A stretch of 63,668 nucleotides of DNA, filler included, from Pelomyxa schiedti (GCA_020536535.1; 7 parts of 7 records of this genome joined end to end with filler, not necessarily neighbours in it), one strand, 5' to 3'; shown: positions 1-11,814, counted from the first letter of the whole stretch. A program made the numbers and translations. The notes: generated from the letters alone by a model not told the origin.

Positions 1-308
1 TCTGCCTGTTGGTGATCACGGACAGTTCGTGCTGCCCTTCCATCTGCTTGAATGGAAATGATTGTTTGTGTCCCCCTTCGGTTGTCATCCCGTGTTGGCG
101 TGTTTTTTTGGGCTGAATACACCAGCTCAGTTTGAAATCACAATTTCGAAAATATGGCATGGTGCTGGCTTCGTACTGGTACGGTTCGTTTTTGAAACGT
201 GAAGTCGTCGGTAGTGAATGGTTATGGTCCGGTTGTTGGAGACGATGTCTGGGATGAATGGAGCATTGGTGTTTGTCGTTTCGGCGAAGAGCAAACACAT
301 GTGGCTGA

Positions 309-474
309 ATAAAAAAAACACCAGACCGCCGATCCTGAGCTACGATAACGAAAAGTACAGCGTTCCGGTCCGTTGATTATTTTATTCAGCCATGTAGCGG
401 CATACAATAATCAACCGGAACGCTGTAATTTTCGTTCTCGTAGCTCAGGATACGCGGTCTGGTGTTTTTTTTAT
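309..474. repeat. Long imperfect inverted repeat (hairpin), ~70-bp arms; MITE-like or structured RNA
   Basis: Arm 309-381 (aaaaacaccagaccgccgatcctgagctacgataacgaaaagtacagcgttccgg...ttgattatt) pairs with arm 406-474 (aataatcaaccggaacgctgtaattttcgttctcgtagctcaggatacgcggtctggtgttttt) around a ~24-nt loop. Confidence 0.85.
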
Positions 475-870
475 ACCCCCATGTTTTGTTTTTCGTAAGT
501 TACCTTTAATGTCTTACGAGCACAGCCTGTGGGGTTTTCAGCTGTTTACCTTATAGGTATTGCCTTGAGCCAAGTTGAATGCTGATTCATACTTTAACTA
601 GGCTGGTATGAAAATAGCACTAAATTGCATTTAGACGCAAATTGTAAGCTGGTAAAACAATAAATACAAACGAAATGAATAAACTAATTGTAAAATGAAG
701 TTACAATAAGAGTCTCATGTTACATAGCTTTGGCTTTGGATTTGATCCAGCGATTTTCAGAGCTTCAAATATGGGTTTGTAGCATTGCCGCGCTTAATAG
801 AACGCTTGCTGGGTGTTGTAAGTATGATTCTCATGATTTCCGCACTAATCTCATTGCAGAGTGCAAATGA

Positions 871-947
871 CCGCTTCAGTGCCAAAATGTCCGCTTCCAT
901 GCCGTAAATGTCCGCTTCAGTGCCGGAAATATCCGCTTCAGAATGCC
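871..947. repeat. Degenerate 20-21-bp tandem repeat, ~3.7 copies
   Basis: Units begin ccgcttc at 871, 891, 912 and 933; consensus ccgcttcagtgccgnaaatgt. Confidence 0.75.
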
Positions 948-1969
948 ATTCCACAACATCACGATTGCAACATAATCGCGATTCCACCATGCCAGAACAC
1001 TCCTTGCCACAATGCCATCTTGTCAGGATACCTATGCAAGAATGCCATTATAAAGTAATGTGTGGTTTGGGAACAAGCAGAGGAATGAGCCTGCCGTTTC
1101 CTTCCATGGGTGTCCACACATATGTTGCTATCCCAAAGAAGAGAACCACTGTGTGAACAATGCCTCCCGCATGGAGAAATCCCACCATCACAGCCTTGGT
1201 TGGGTTCTTGTCTCACACAACCAACAAAGTTCAAAGCATAAAAAGAGGCCAACAACCCATAAGTACAGATTGCAGAAAAAACCTTGATTCAAAACATAGT
1301 CCTGTGTGAGAAAATTTGGGAACACAAACCCCCAAAGGTGGTTGCAAGTACATTGCATTGTGAAGATGTAAGACCCAATAAGGCTTTCTAATCAATGTCT
1401 CAATGACACTTGACCATATTTGGCTTAAAAAACATTAAAACATAAACACAGTTTTTGCCTTAAGAGTATTGAAAATGGCACCAGTGCCAACAGTAATAGC
1501 GATAACCAAGAGTCAATATACAACATAAATTAGCAAATCGGAATTAAAAAAAAAAAGGAAAAATGCGGTTAGATGCCATCAGGGACCGTCGCCGGTACCC
1601 GGCACGCCTGAGCCCTGCCAAGGGCAACGGGAAAGTTGTTTCATTGACGAAAACCCAACTGAGGGTCTGCAGCGCGGCCATCTGGTCCCGGGGCTGGCTG
1701 TGGGTTGCGCACTCACCAGACGCGGGGCTGCCAGCCTGCCACCGTCGACGGCACCAGGGAACAGCTGGGCACAGGCCCACGCGGCAGCTTCCCCCAATTG
1801 CTGATAAAGGACTGAAATTCAATCCCATCAACAACCACCATGATTGTATTTGTAATACACCATCATTTTTGTTTTGCTCCCTCTATGCTCAATTGCAAAT
1901 GGCACTGACTGTTCATGGATCAACAACCACCTTGATTTTTAGTTGTGCTAGTACCACAGTTTCCCACCA

Positions 1970-3225
1970 TCACAGCCTTGGTTGGGTGATTGTGATAGTG
2001 GAAATGTGTATGCCTGTGGTGGCATCATAGATGTTTACTGGCACTGTAGTTGGTGCTGTGGGAGAAGGTATTTGCAGAGCATAGATTCCCTCGTCTGTGG
2101 GGAAAATCCTTTCATCTTCAGAATGTTCAATTTGGCACCCAAATTGGGTCATGTCATAGGCACTGTAAACCTCTGTCAAGGTTGTGGATTCCCTTTGATT
2201 GGGGTCAGCTTGACTGAGAACAACTGCTGCAATGTGTGAAGGGAAAATGGATGCCAACTGCTTGTACTTTGTCCATGGGAACACCTTGAGCACACCAGTC
2301 TTTGTGTTGTAAACATAAAAATCACCACACACATGCATTGTGAGCACTGTGTCTGGTCCGGGCCAAACAAGGTCAATTGGGTGTGGTTTTGGCAGTGGAT
2401 ACTTCTTTGTAACAAAGGGAACACCAGCTTCAATGCTCTTGGCAAGGTCAAAACCTATAAGGCTGGAGTTCTCCTCATTGGATTCACAGTTCTCAACAGT
2501 TACAGCAACAAGCTCATCACTGCAAGGGTGGAAGGGTGAGAACCTTGCACCTCTTCCATAAATTGGGATAGTGCATTCCAGAGCAACACCAGGGACAAGC
2601 GGCATTCCTCCACTCATCTTCCACAAAACGAGGCTGGCGTTGTACGTTGCCTTGTCCACCCACACCAGCCACTTTCGATTTCCCACAAAGAAGCCAACCT
2701 TGCACGGCCCTGGTGTGCCAATCAAAGGTGCCACCACCTCCCCGCCGCTGTCAATCACCCAGGCACCTCCCCTTGGTTCAGTCACCACGAACCTGTCATC
2801 CCCCACACTGCCCCCAACCACAAGCCCCGGCCTGGCTTTCATCGTTCCCAACCCCGGGCCTCTGGTCCAGCACCTGCACCACACCACTCCCAGAGTGACA
2901 CTCAGCCCCATGAACACATGAACCCTCGAGGGCCCGCCAATCTCGCAGCCTATTCCCATGCCTTCCGGCAGAAACAGCGTGGCGCCGACTTGCCTCGCGC
3001 AGCCGACGACCCACAGCCGACCGAATTCGGCGAACAGCGCGGGGTTCGCCGACCGAATTCGGCGAACAGCGCGGGGTTCTCGCGGTGGAAAAAGCGGGCC
3101 GCGGGGCTGCGCCGGCCGCACCTGCCGATCGATGCGCACGCAAACGCGACGAACTGCGATCGCGCGTCAACGACCGCCTCGATCGAGGTAGTCGTGGCTG
3201 AGGGAGCGGTGGCGCTTGTAGCCAT
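1970..3225 (-). pseudogene. Lineage-specific DARxQFVA-family gene, frameshifted by a 32-bp tandem duplication
   Basis: N-terminus MATSAT...DARSQFVAFACASIGRCGRRSPAAR (ORF 2950-3231) continues in another frame as ORF 1970-3139. Exact duplication 3016-3047/3048-3079 sits at the switch. Homologous to 8346-9680 along its length. Confidence 0.7.
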
Positions 3226-3408
3226 CGACACCTTGATGAAAAAGAAGGCCCGCTCTACAGGGGCAGCGTTTTATGCCAATGGGGATGTTGTTGAGAGTGC
3301 ATGTGAGACTGTGGATTGGTTGTTATGGCAACCATTGGAAGGATCTAAGTCCCAACAAGGCTTCCTAATCGACTTTTCCTTCCCTGAATACCCACGTGGG
3401 GCTGGCTG

Positions 3409-4172
3409 ATGGACAGATCAACAATGATCGATGACGATGCCCATCGTCACCAATGCAGTGGCACAACTAGTGGCGGCATCGTGAAACTGAATGTTGGTGG
3501 GAGGGTGTTCACCACAACGAGGACGACACTTTCAATGCCATCTCATTGCGGCGGTGGTGGAGAGTGCTCGTCGTCTTTCTTCACTGTCCTGCTCTCTGGC
3601 AAGTTTTCAAGCACATTGTATGGTTTTCATGCCAAAACCATATCCTTCCACAAACAACACAAAACACAACACACAGGGATGAAACAGGAGCATTCTTCAT
3701 TGACAGGAACGGGGATCTGTTTGCACCCATCCTGGACTTCATGAGGACTGGACTGCTGTTCGTTCCTCCAACACTCAACCCTGATGCTGTTTACAACGAG
3801 GCTGAGTATTACCAGATACAACTCCCTGACAGGCCACCAGCACCAACAACAGCAGCACTCACTGAGCCGAGAGCCCCATTTGTGTATGACTTCATGGAGC
3901 TCAGGGTTACACAGGACACACGATGGAACGGTGCCACTTATGTGACATCTGCAGACTGCTACGTGACATTCAAGCCAGGCAGCAGCGATTTGCAGGAGCT
4001 GGTCACCAGGATACCAAAGGACGTGTTCGTTGCCAATGTGGTGACATTCATTGAGGCAAACAGTTGTTGGAGAGTGCTGAGTTGGAAAGAGAAGGCAATA
4101 CAAGGTGACTATAACTCACGTACTCATGGCCGCTTTGTGCAGGTCTACCTCTACAAACACGCTACTGCATGA
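3409..4172 (+). CDS. BTB/POZ (KCTD/T1-type) domain protein, copy 1
   Basis: VKLNVGGRVFTTTRTTL...FFIDRNGDLFAPILDFMRTG...EAEYYQI; GT-AG intron 3618-3676 joins the two ORFs in frame (STL|DETG). Confidence 0.92.
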
Positions 4173-4216
4173 AAAGGTTAAATCAAACTTAACTGTGGTT
4201 GGTTGTTGGTTGACAC

Positions 4217-4905
4217 TTATGAGGCCAAGGGTTTGTAGAGATACACGTGAGCTGATTGAGTGAATTTACATTCAGGATCCGTTTTTGCCTTCCAACTCTT
4301 CACTCTCCATGAGCTGTGTGCCTCGATCTCAGTGACCAGATTGGCGATGCTCTGCTCTCGTGGCAGCCTGTTGAGCAGTTCCTTCAAATCAGAGTTTGTT
4401 GGTTGTGTAATGATGCTCCAGTTTGGAACTGTCCCAAACTTGCAGGTAACACTATTCCAAGTCGTTTCCTCGATGACAACATAGTCATGAACAACTGGGG
4501 GCCTCTGCAGCAACAAAGACGGTGCAACCCTCTCAGGGAGTTGTATCTGGTAATACTCAGCCTCGTTGTAGACTGCATCAGTGTTGAGTGTCGGAGGAAC
4601 GAACAGCAGTCCAGTCCTCATGAAGTCAAGGATGGGTGCAAACAGCTTCCCATTCCTGTCAATGAAGAATGCTCCTGTTTCATCCCTGCAGTATTTGTGT
4701 TTGTTGTTTTAGTGGGATACTTTTTGCAAATTTGTGTGTCATGATACATTGTGCTTGGGAGTTTCCCTGAGAGCAAGACTGTGAAGAACGACGAAGAGGT
4801 ACTACTCCCAGATGTCATTGAGAGTGTTGTCCTCGTTGTGATGAATAGTTGGCCACCAACGTTCAGTCTCACCATGTCACTAGTCGTTCTTGTTGCGGTG
4901 TCCAT
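4217..4905 (-). CDS. BTB/POZ (KCTD/T1-type) domain protein, copy 2 (convergent paralog)
   Basis: VRLNVGGQLFITTRTTL...FFIDRNGKLFAPILDFMRTG; intron 4686-4747 at the same position as in copy 1. Confidence 0.92.
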
Positions 4906-5293
4906 CAGCAACCTGTTTGGTGATCGATTCCCAGAAGAAGTTAGGTGTTGGGAGTGTAGTGTAGACTGCCTGCAGCATAAGAAAGCAATCTCTCTCCTTT
5001 ACTGCACCACTTCTTCCATTGAAACTGACTGGAAGTTGGGCGGCAAAGAAGGCTCTCAGGCACTGTACACCTCTCTCAGATTTTCTGAGTACCCATCCTT
5101 CCCTCTCTGTCATGAATAGCCGCTGTCTTGGCTATCTACCAAGATCCAACTTAACCAAGAGGAAAACGAAAACCAACCGACAATTCCGAACTCCATGTTA
5201 CCTTGGCAAGGTGCAGCAGGAACAGCACCATACCGCTGTGCCTGCTGTTGATGCACCCGAGCTTGGTGTCCCACGAACTCGGAAACTGGGTGG

Positions 5294-5332
5294 TGTGGCG
5301 AATATCCGACCACCGACGTTCAGTTGCACCAG
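5294..5332 (-). pseudogene. Relic fragment of a third BTB gene
   Basis: Minus strand reads LVQLNVGGRIFAT, with an in-frame stop just upstream and no downstream BTB motifs. Confidence 0.5.
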
Positions 5333-5591
5333 TAGTGCCCATCATCCAGATAATTCGCAGAAATACCTCAGTTCCTTGGACTGTGTGGACGATCCCCTGG
5401 ATGATGGACTCTCCCACCTCTCGAAAGAAAACACTCAGCGGCAATCTCCCTACTAAGCATACAATCTATCGAATTCCCTAGTGAAATTGTTTGAACAGAT
5501 CCGCGCTTTCACAAGCACCCAAGCACGACAAGTAGTACCGCCGTTGTGGGGGGTTTTTAGGGGCGGGGAGTGAGCGGGGTGCAGCATAATA

Positions 5592-6396
<805 letters not shown>

Positions 6397-6513
6397 ACAC
6401 ACAACTAATTTGTAACATGTTCAAAACCTTTATCCACTAAATGGAATTGATTCCTGGTGAAAACAAAAAAGTTATTTGTTTTTGGCCAGTACAAGCTTAT
6501 TGGTTTTGTTTTT

Positions 6514-8265
6514 CTAAATGGGGGAGTCTTTAGGCTTGGCCAGCTGCTGTTGGTATTTCACATAACCATAATAAACTGACCCTGCACTGCTTATAAAAAG
6601 TCCCATCATTAGGAGTGCGGTCACTGTAACATCTTGTTGCAGTATTATAAGCCCCAAGAATGACCCAAGAACAGCCTTGATTTGTCCTGCCGGTGTTTAG
6701 TCGGAATTGCACAGAATCGCAGTTCACTTACCAGTAACGCTTGTTGTGAGTGGGGAATTTATGCTAGAGCATAAGAACATGAAGTAGTTCAAAAAGAACG
6801 CCTGAATGGCAGAGCCAAAGAAGAAAACCTTGTTGCGTGGGAATTAGTTTATTGTGACAGTAGAGGTAATGTTTACTAAGAAGCCAAAATTAAACAGGTA
6901 AGGGAATCTCAGAACGCCGTCAGAGTCAAGGAGAATAACCAAAACAATGACCAGTGGCAGCGATAGCAAGTTGTTGTATAGCATCACCTCGAATTCACTT
7001 ACTTTTACCTTTTCTTTCACTGCACCAATACGAAGCAGATACCTGTAAAAACTTTTAGCCCAATTGGGCAGACACAGATTCAACACACCACATACCCGGC
7101 AGTCATTGCACAACTCAGGAGTGTGAGGAAATAACCCCAGGCGTTGAAAATCCAATCACCAAAACCAACAATCAATGCTCCGAGCGCCATAAGCACCACA
7201 CTAATAACTTCATTGGTGGGCACTGCTTTCCTCATCACTCTGGGTTTGGAGTTGCTAAATAAAATTCCAAAAGAGAAGGTATGTTACAAGAACTCCCCAG
7301 CAATAACAAACAAAGTTGTCATCCTTTTCAAAGTTCTGGAAAGAGTGAGGGTCTTCAAGACACAGTGAAAATTACGTGTAAGCGGGAATATTCACGAATT
7401 TCAAGGCAGAGAGCCCCGATAGAACCATCCCACAGAAAAAAACGGCAAAAGGAGCCATCTACTTTCATGGTTATCACTTTATTTCACAAATAGTATGTAC
7501 TAGTTTTGCCCTAGAAAGGGACAAGCCACTGAATTCAATATAACCCATCCATCTCATCATGTATAGGAGTACAATTGCAAATAACATTTGAAACAATGCC
7601 AGTGTATTGCTCCAGTGGAATGCATAATATGTCAAGACTCCTTTGTTGAAGAAAACCATGGCTATTGATATAATTCCTGAAAAAGAGTTAATACGCTACC
7701 ATTAATTGTCCAAATATTAACAGTAGTTGCACCATTTAATGACAACCACAATGCAAAAAGCAAAAAGCAAAAAGCAAAAAGCAAAAAGCAAAAAGAAAAA
7801 AGCAAAAAGCAAAAAGCAAAAAGCAAAAAGCAAAAAGCAAAAAGCAAAAAGCAAAAAGCAAAAAGCAAAAAGCAAAAAGCAAAAAGCAAAAAGCAAAAAG
7901 CAACCACCGTAAGTTACAGCCACAGATATCCCCTTCCAATTTGGCTCCGCCCCCCCGCGTCCTCCCACAATCCCCGGCGGCTGCGGTGATCCCTGCAAAT
8001 ACGACGATCCTCCGCCTACGCAGCCGCCGCCGGCCGAGGCCGGGCCCGCCCCAGGGCGCAGCGGGGGCGACGACGGCGCGATCCCGATGCCCCCGACGCC
8101 CGTCCCCTCCCCGGTCACAAGCGGCGGCAGGTAGAACTCCCCCCCCGCGTCGGCCCCGCCCCCGCTTGGCGACGACGGCGGCGACACCGCCGACGATTTC
8201 ACCCCGCTCGCGCCTCCTCCCCCACCTCCTGAGGCTCCGACGTCTTCGCCCTCGGCTCGCAGCAT
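6514..8265 (-). CDS. Nucleotide-sugar transporter (SLC35D/TPT family), multi-exon
   Basis: Hydrophobic exons MVFFNKGVL...LALFQM, LKRMTTLFV, MLYNNLLSLP, FLCSSINSPLTTSVTG and C-terminal GSVYYGYVKY...DSPI*; Gly/Pro-rich N-terminus. Confidence 0.85.
7753..7903. repeat. (GCAAAAA)n heptanucleotide microsatellite, ~21 copies, in intron 1 of the transporter
   Basis: Read directly; one variant unit gaaaaaa. Confidence 0.97.
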
Positions 8266-8345
8266 GGATGCGGTGGTTGGTATTTTTCTCTCCTCCTCAA
8301 CGTTGAGTTTATGCTATGAGGATGGTGCAGCGAAATTGATTGGGT

Positions 8346-9680
8346 TTAGTAGTAGGTGGCCACGTGGGTGCGGGTGCATACGAACCTCGGGGGTCTGGAT
8401 TGTGGGATTGGTGGTGCGGGCCAAGGGGGCGAGGCTGGCCGTGGGAGATTCGGTGACTGTTTCTGCTCGGCTTCTTCTTCCTCCTCCTCACTTGCGACGA
8501 TGGCGTCCGGCCTCAGTTCGATCAGAACAGTGCGAGTCTCTGGATCGAGTACGCAACGGTGGCGGTTTCTGTTGTCATCTGGAGAGCTGGTCTCTGCTGA
8601 TTCCTGGGTTACGCCGGGAAGCTTCTTGTGAGTTCGATGAGGAAAGGGGCAACTATTGTGGAATAGTGGGGTGGCCAAATCCCGGGCAGAGTAAATGTCT
8701 ACACTGGAAGCGAACAAGGGAGCTGTAGCTGATGGATTGCGCATAACGCCAATGTGCGATGGTGGAATGAAGTACACGTTGTGTGGAAAAGTGGTGGACT
8801 GGCCTGTTGCGGTGTTGTACACAACGTGTGCCCTCGGTGTGCTGTGTAGTGTCAGAATAGCATGTGGTTGCAACAACCACAGCACGTCTTTGGCATCGGG
8901 ATGAGGCAGAGTCACGTGCCTGACGACATCCATCATTGAAGTCTCAAAACTGGATTGCAAATTTACAAACAATAGATCACTGTTACAGACAAGGGCCACT
9001 TCATCACGGCAATTAGGAGGGAACCTGACTTCTACAATTGACAAAAATATACTCCTACGCGCATCCAGCTTCACAAAAGTCCCACTGAGTGCTGGTAATC
9101 CACACTGAAGCCTCCACACTGTGATTCCGTTGTTGGAATTCAGAACCAGCCACTCCCCATTACTTGCAAAGTTCGTGAAGAACTCCGGCCGCACCTGGAA
9201 GTTCGGAATTCTGCCAACAAGCCTCCCAGAAGAGTTCATCACAAACACCGTGGTAATTGCTTCCGCGGAATGAAACATTGCCAGCCATTTGCCACAACCC
9301 AGGAAGCAACCAACAGTGAGCCAGCTTGTGGACCCCTGGCTCCCCCGCGGAACACTTGGGCCAGAGTACCCACCAAAGGCGCTCACAATCTCCCACACGA
9401 CCCCCATGGTATGTGACACACCAGCCGCGACGACCACACAGCACCTGGTGTAATGCGGGCAATCCGCGCTCCGCACAACCGCAGCCAACTCGCGGCACAC
9501 AGAAACGACCCACGCACGCCCGATTTCGTCGGCCAGGACGTGGGGGGATGCAGACAACAGCCTCGCGGGAGACGCGGGCCCGCACCTGTCAATCATGGAA
9601 CCGCACGCCAGAGCAACGAACTGAGCCCTCGCGTCCAACACCCGCTCGGCACAAAGAGGCAACGCCGCGCAAGACAGCAT
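8346..9680 (-). CDS. Lineage-specific DARxQFVA-family protein (444 aa, intronless; possibly beta-propeller-like)
   Basis: DARAQFVALACGSMIDRCGPASPARLL N-terminal motif; shares GVSxTxGVVW, KWL, LPxP..D.xW and VYNTxTG motifs with the 1970-3225 copy. Confidence 0.8.
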   Translation of the reverse strand: MLSCAALPLCAERVLDARAQFVALACGSMIDRCGPASPARLLSASPHVLADEIGRAWVVSVCRELAAVVRSADCPHYTRCCVVVAAGVSHTMGVVWEIVSAFGGYSGPSVPRGSQGSTSWLTVGCFLGCGKWLAMFHSAEAITTVFVMNSSGRLVGRIPNFQVRPEFFTNFASNGEWLVLNSNNGITVWRLQCGLPALSGTFVKLDARRSIFLSIVEVRFPPNCRDEVALVCNSDLLFVNLQSSFETSMMDVVRHVTLPHPDAKDVLWLLQPHAILTLHSTPRAHVVYNTATGQSTTFPHNVYFIPPSHIGVMRNPSATAPLFASSVDIYSARDLATPLFHNSCPFPHRTHKKLPGVTQESAETSSPDDNRNRHRCVLDPETRTVLIELRPDAIVASEEEEEEAEQKQSPNLPRPASPPWPAPPIPQSRPPRFVCTRTHVATYY

Positions 9681-10507
9681 GGCTCAATCAATAATTACGA
9701 AAGGGATTCCCTTAATTCCCGATTTCGTCTTTGTGTGAGTTTTAAAGTGTAAGTTTTACGGCTATTCAACAACAGATTCTGGGACACTGGTCTGTTTTTT
9801 TTTTTTTTACACTTAGGTGGTCAACTTGCCTGCCACTGCTGACATGACAACCACCAACAACCCAACCAACCCCAACTTCCCTAACCCACTCTCCCGCTTT
9901 TCCGCTTTCAACAACCACACTCATGGAAATAAATTTCCTAAATTATCCTACGTGAGAAAACGAAGAAAGAAGAAGCCACATACTGGTGGAAAGCTGCCGT
10001 AAATACTGGTGTAATGCGGAGACTTCTAATACAGGTTGAATGGAAAAAAGAACTGGAGGTGTAATAAAAACTATTTAATAATTTTAAATTTAATTATTAA
10101 TTAATAATTTAATTAATAAGAAAGAAGTTAATACATTGTGGCGTTGCGTCGTTAGTCGGCTCTGGTGTTGCCACAATCTCCACGCCACAAGGCTGATGCC
10201 TTTAGTGTAGAGTCGAGGTTAAAGAAAGAGTGGTTGGGGTGTTTTGAGTGCCGACAGTGTCGACACTTAATCTTTGTTTGTATTAAAGATTCGAAAAATG
10301 AAAAACGTTGGTTGGTTGGTATAAAAGTCCGCTACATACATTATTATTAATATTTAAAAATAAATTCGTTAAATAATAAAATCAAAAACACTCCGATAAA
10401 TAAAATAATAACAAGTTGTGGCGAAGAAGACAACAAAAAGCAAATGGGTTCTGCTTGTCCACTGCTTGATCCTCTTCACCACCTGGTGGCATGGCCTCCC
10501 CTCGTCG

Positions 10508-10627
10508 ATTTTTGTTGTGGTTCTAGCGATAATCAAAAGGCACAAGCCACTGAACAATCACCAAAGGCCGCGCAGCCGCGGCGAGACCCGATTCGGGTGC
10601 CGAGGCGTTGACACGCCCCCGGTGTAG
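10508..10627 (+). repeat. Dispersed repeat, copy 1
   Basis: 10508-10594 is near-identical to the reverse complement of 62316-62417; both copies also carry a downstream ccccggtgtag. Confidence 0.8.
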
Positions 10628-10901
10628 CCAAAACAAAAAAAAAGTGGGGGCTGGGGAAAAAAAAAACAGGTGGGTGCCGGGCAACAAAAAAAGAAAAGGC
10701 TTGGACGGAGGAGGGGTGCAGGGCAGAGAAGTGAGGCGGGATGGGGTGGGAGGGGAGAGTAGCAGAGAAGTGCTCTAACAACAAGGGTGGGGATGGGGAT
10801 TCTCCAGAAAAAAAAAAAAAAAAAAACAGTAACAACGAGTTTTTAAACAGTAAGTTTTTAATATTGATGCTATGAGGATGGTGCAGCGAAATTGATTGGG
10901 T

Positions 10902-11155
10902 TTAGTAGTAGGTGGCCACGTGGGTGCGGGTGCATACGAACCTCGGGGGTCTGGATTGTGAGATTGGTGGTGCGGGCCAAGGGGGCGAGGCTGGCCGTGG
11001 GAGATTCGGTGACTGGTGCCCTTCTTTTTCTTCTTCCTCACTTGTGATGATGGCTTCCTGCCTCAGTTGGATCAGAACAGTGCCAGTCGCTGGATCGAGC
11101 ACGCAAGCGTGGATGCTGTTGCCATCGCTGGTCTCTGCTGATTCCTGGGTTACGC
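10902..11155 (-). CDS. 3' fragment of a third DARxQFVA-family gene, truncated at the contig edge
   Basis: C-terminus LDPATGTVLIQLR...PRFVCTRTHVATYY* and the 3' flank are near-identical to 8309-8615. Confidence 0.8.
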
Positions 11156-11255
11156 NNNNNNNNNNNNNNNNNNNNNNNNNNNNNNNNNNNNNNNNNNNNT
11201 TAATTAATTAANNNNNNNNNNNNNNNNNNNNNNNNNNNNNNNNNNNNNNNNNNNN
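11156..11255. other. Artificial contig spacer (N44-TTAATTAATTAA-N44)
   Basis: 100-nt linker with stops in all six frames. The same spacer occurs at 34089-34188, 57190-57289, 59999-60098, 61162-61261 and 62418-62517. Confidence 0.97.
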
Positions 11256-11668
11256 TCCTTTTTCTTCCAGCACTCACACAACGCAGTCTGAGCAATGTAT
11301 CAATGCGTGCTATTCATCCTGACATAAGCCAAGAGTTCTCGGTTTCAAAGAACAACAACAAAAAAAACAGTGGCTGAGCCCTTTTATCCATCCCGCTCTA
11401 ACGGTTAGAAACAAGCAAGATGAATAATGTTTTTCTATTGACTTTGGCCACAATTAAACAATTTTGGTTCGGCTTAAGAGCGCGCGACTTTTCTCGTGCG
11501 GTGTTCTGCGGCTAACGTCGTTCGGTGACGCCGTCGTGGATTTCGCTGCTGTCTCGGCGCGATCCTTGATGTCGGTGCCGACGTGATCAATCTGTGGATT
11601 CCATTCCGCGCATTAGCTTCGCGGCCATCATGTTGATCATCTAAAGTTCTATTTCTATCCATACCGCT

Positions 11669-11814
11669 AACAGCCCTATTCAAAGGCTGCTTATCTGGGG
11701 GGGCATCTGGATCAAAGGGCGGCTGTTTTTTGGCCTGTCAAAATTCCTGTAAAAACAGCCGCCCCTTTTTTTGGGCGGCTGTCCTATTAAAACCATGTGC
11801 AAAACAGCCACCCC
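11669..11814. repeat. Cluster of direct and inverted ACAGCCGCCC-like motifs
   Basis: aaagggcggctgttttt (11714-11730), aaaaacagccgccccttt (11751-11768), gggcggctgt (11773-11782), aaaacagccacccc (11801-11814), aacagccc (11669). Confidence 0.7.

Noticed and set aside
438-475. tRNA suggested by TAGCTCAG
   Set aside because: No cloverleaf or TTCGA B-box; part of the hairpin arm
871-947. Possible CRISPR-like array
   Set aside because: Head-to-tail degenerate units with no unique spacers and no cas genes; eukaryotic context
1630-1735. RNase MRP/P-like GAAAG...GGGGCU motifs
   Set aside because: The 5' P4 strand (GAAAGUCCCC) is absent, so the pseudoknot cannot form
7662-7939. ORFs with FCFLLFA / KAKSKKQ repeats
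   Set aside because: Translations of the intronic (GCAAAAA)n microsatellite
11156-11255. Recurrent TTAATTAATTAA palindrome within N runs (six times)
   Set aside because: Artificial six-frame-stop linker between contigs, not a biological repeat or TTAA target site
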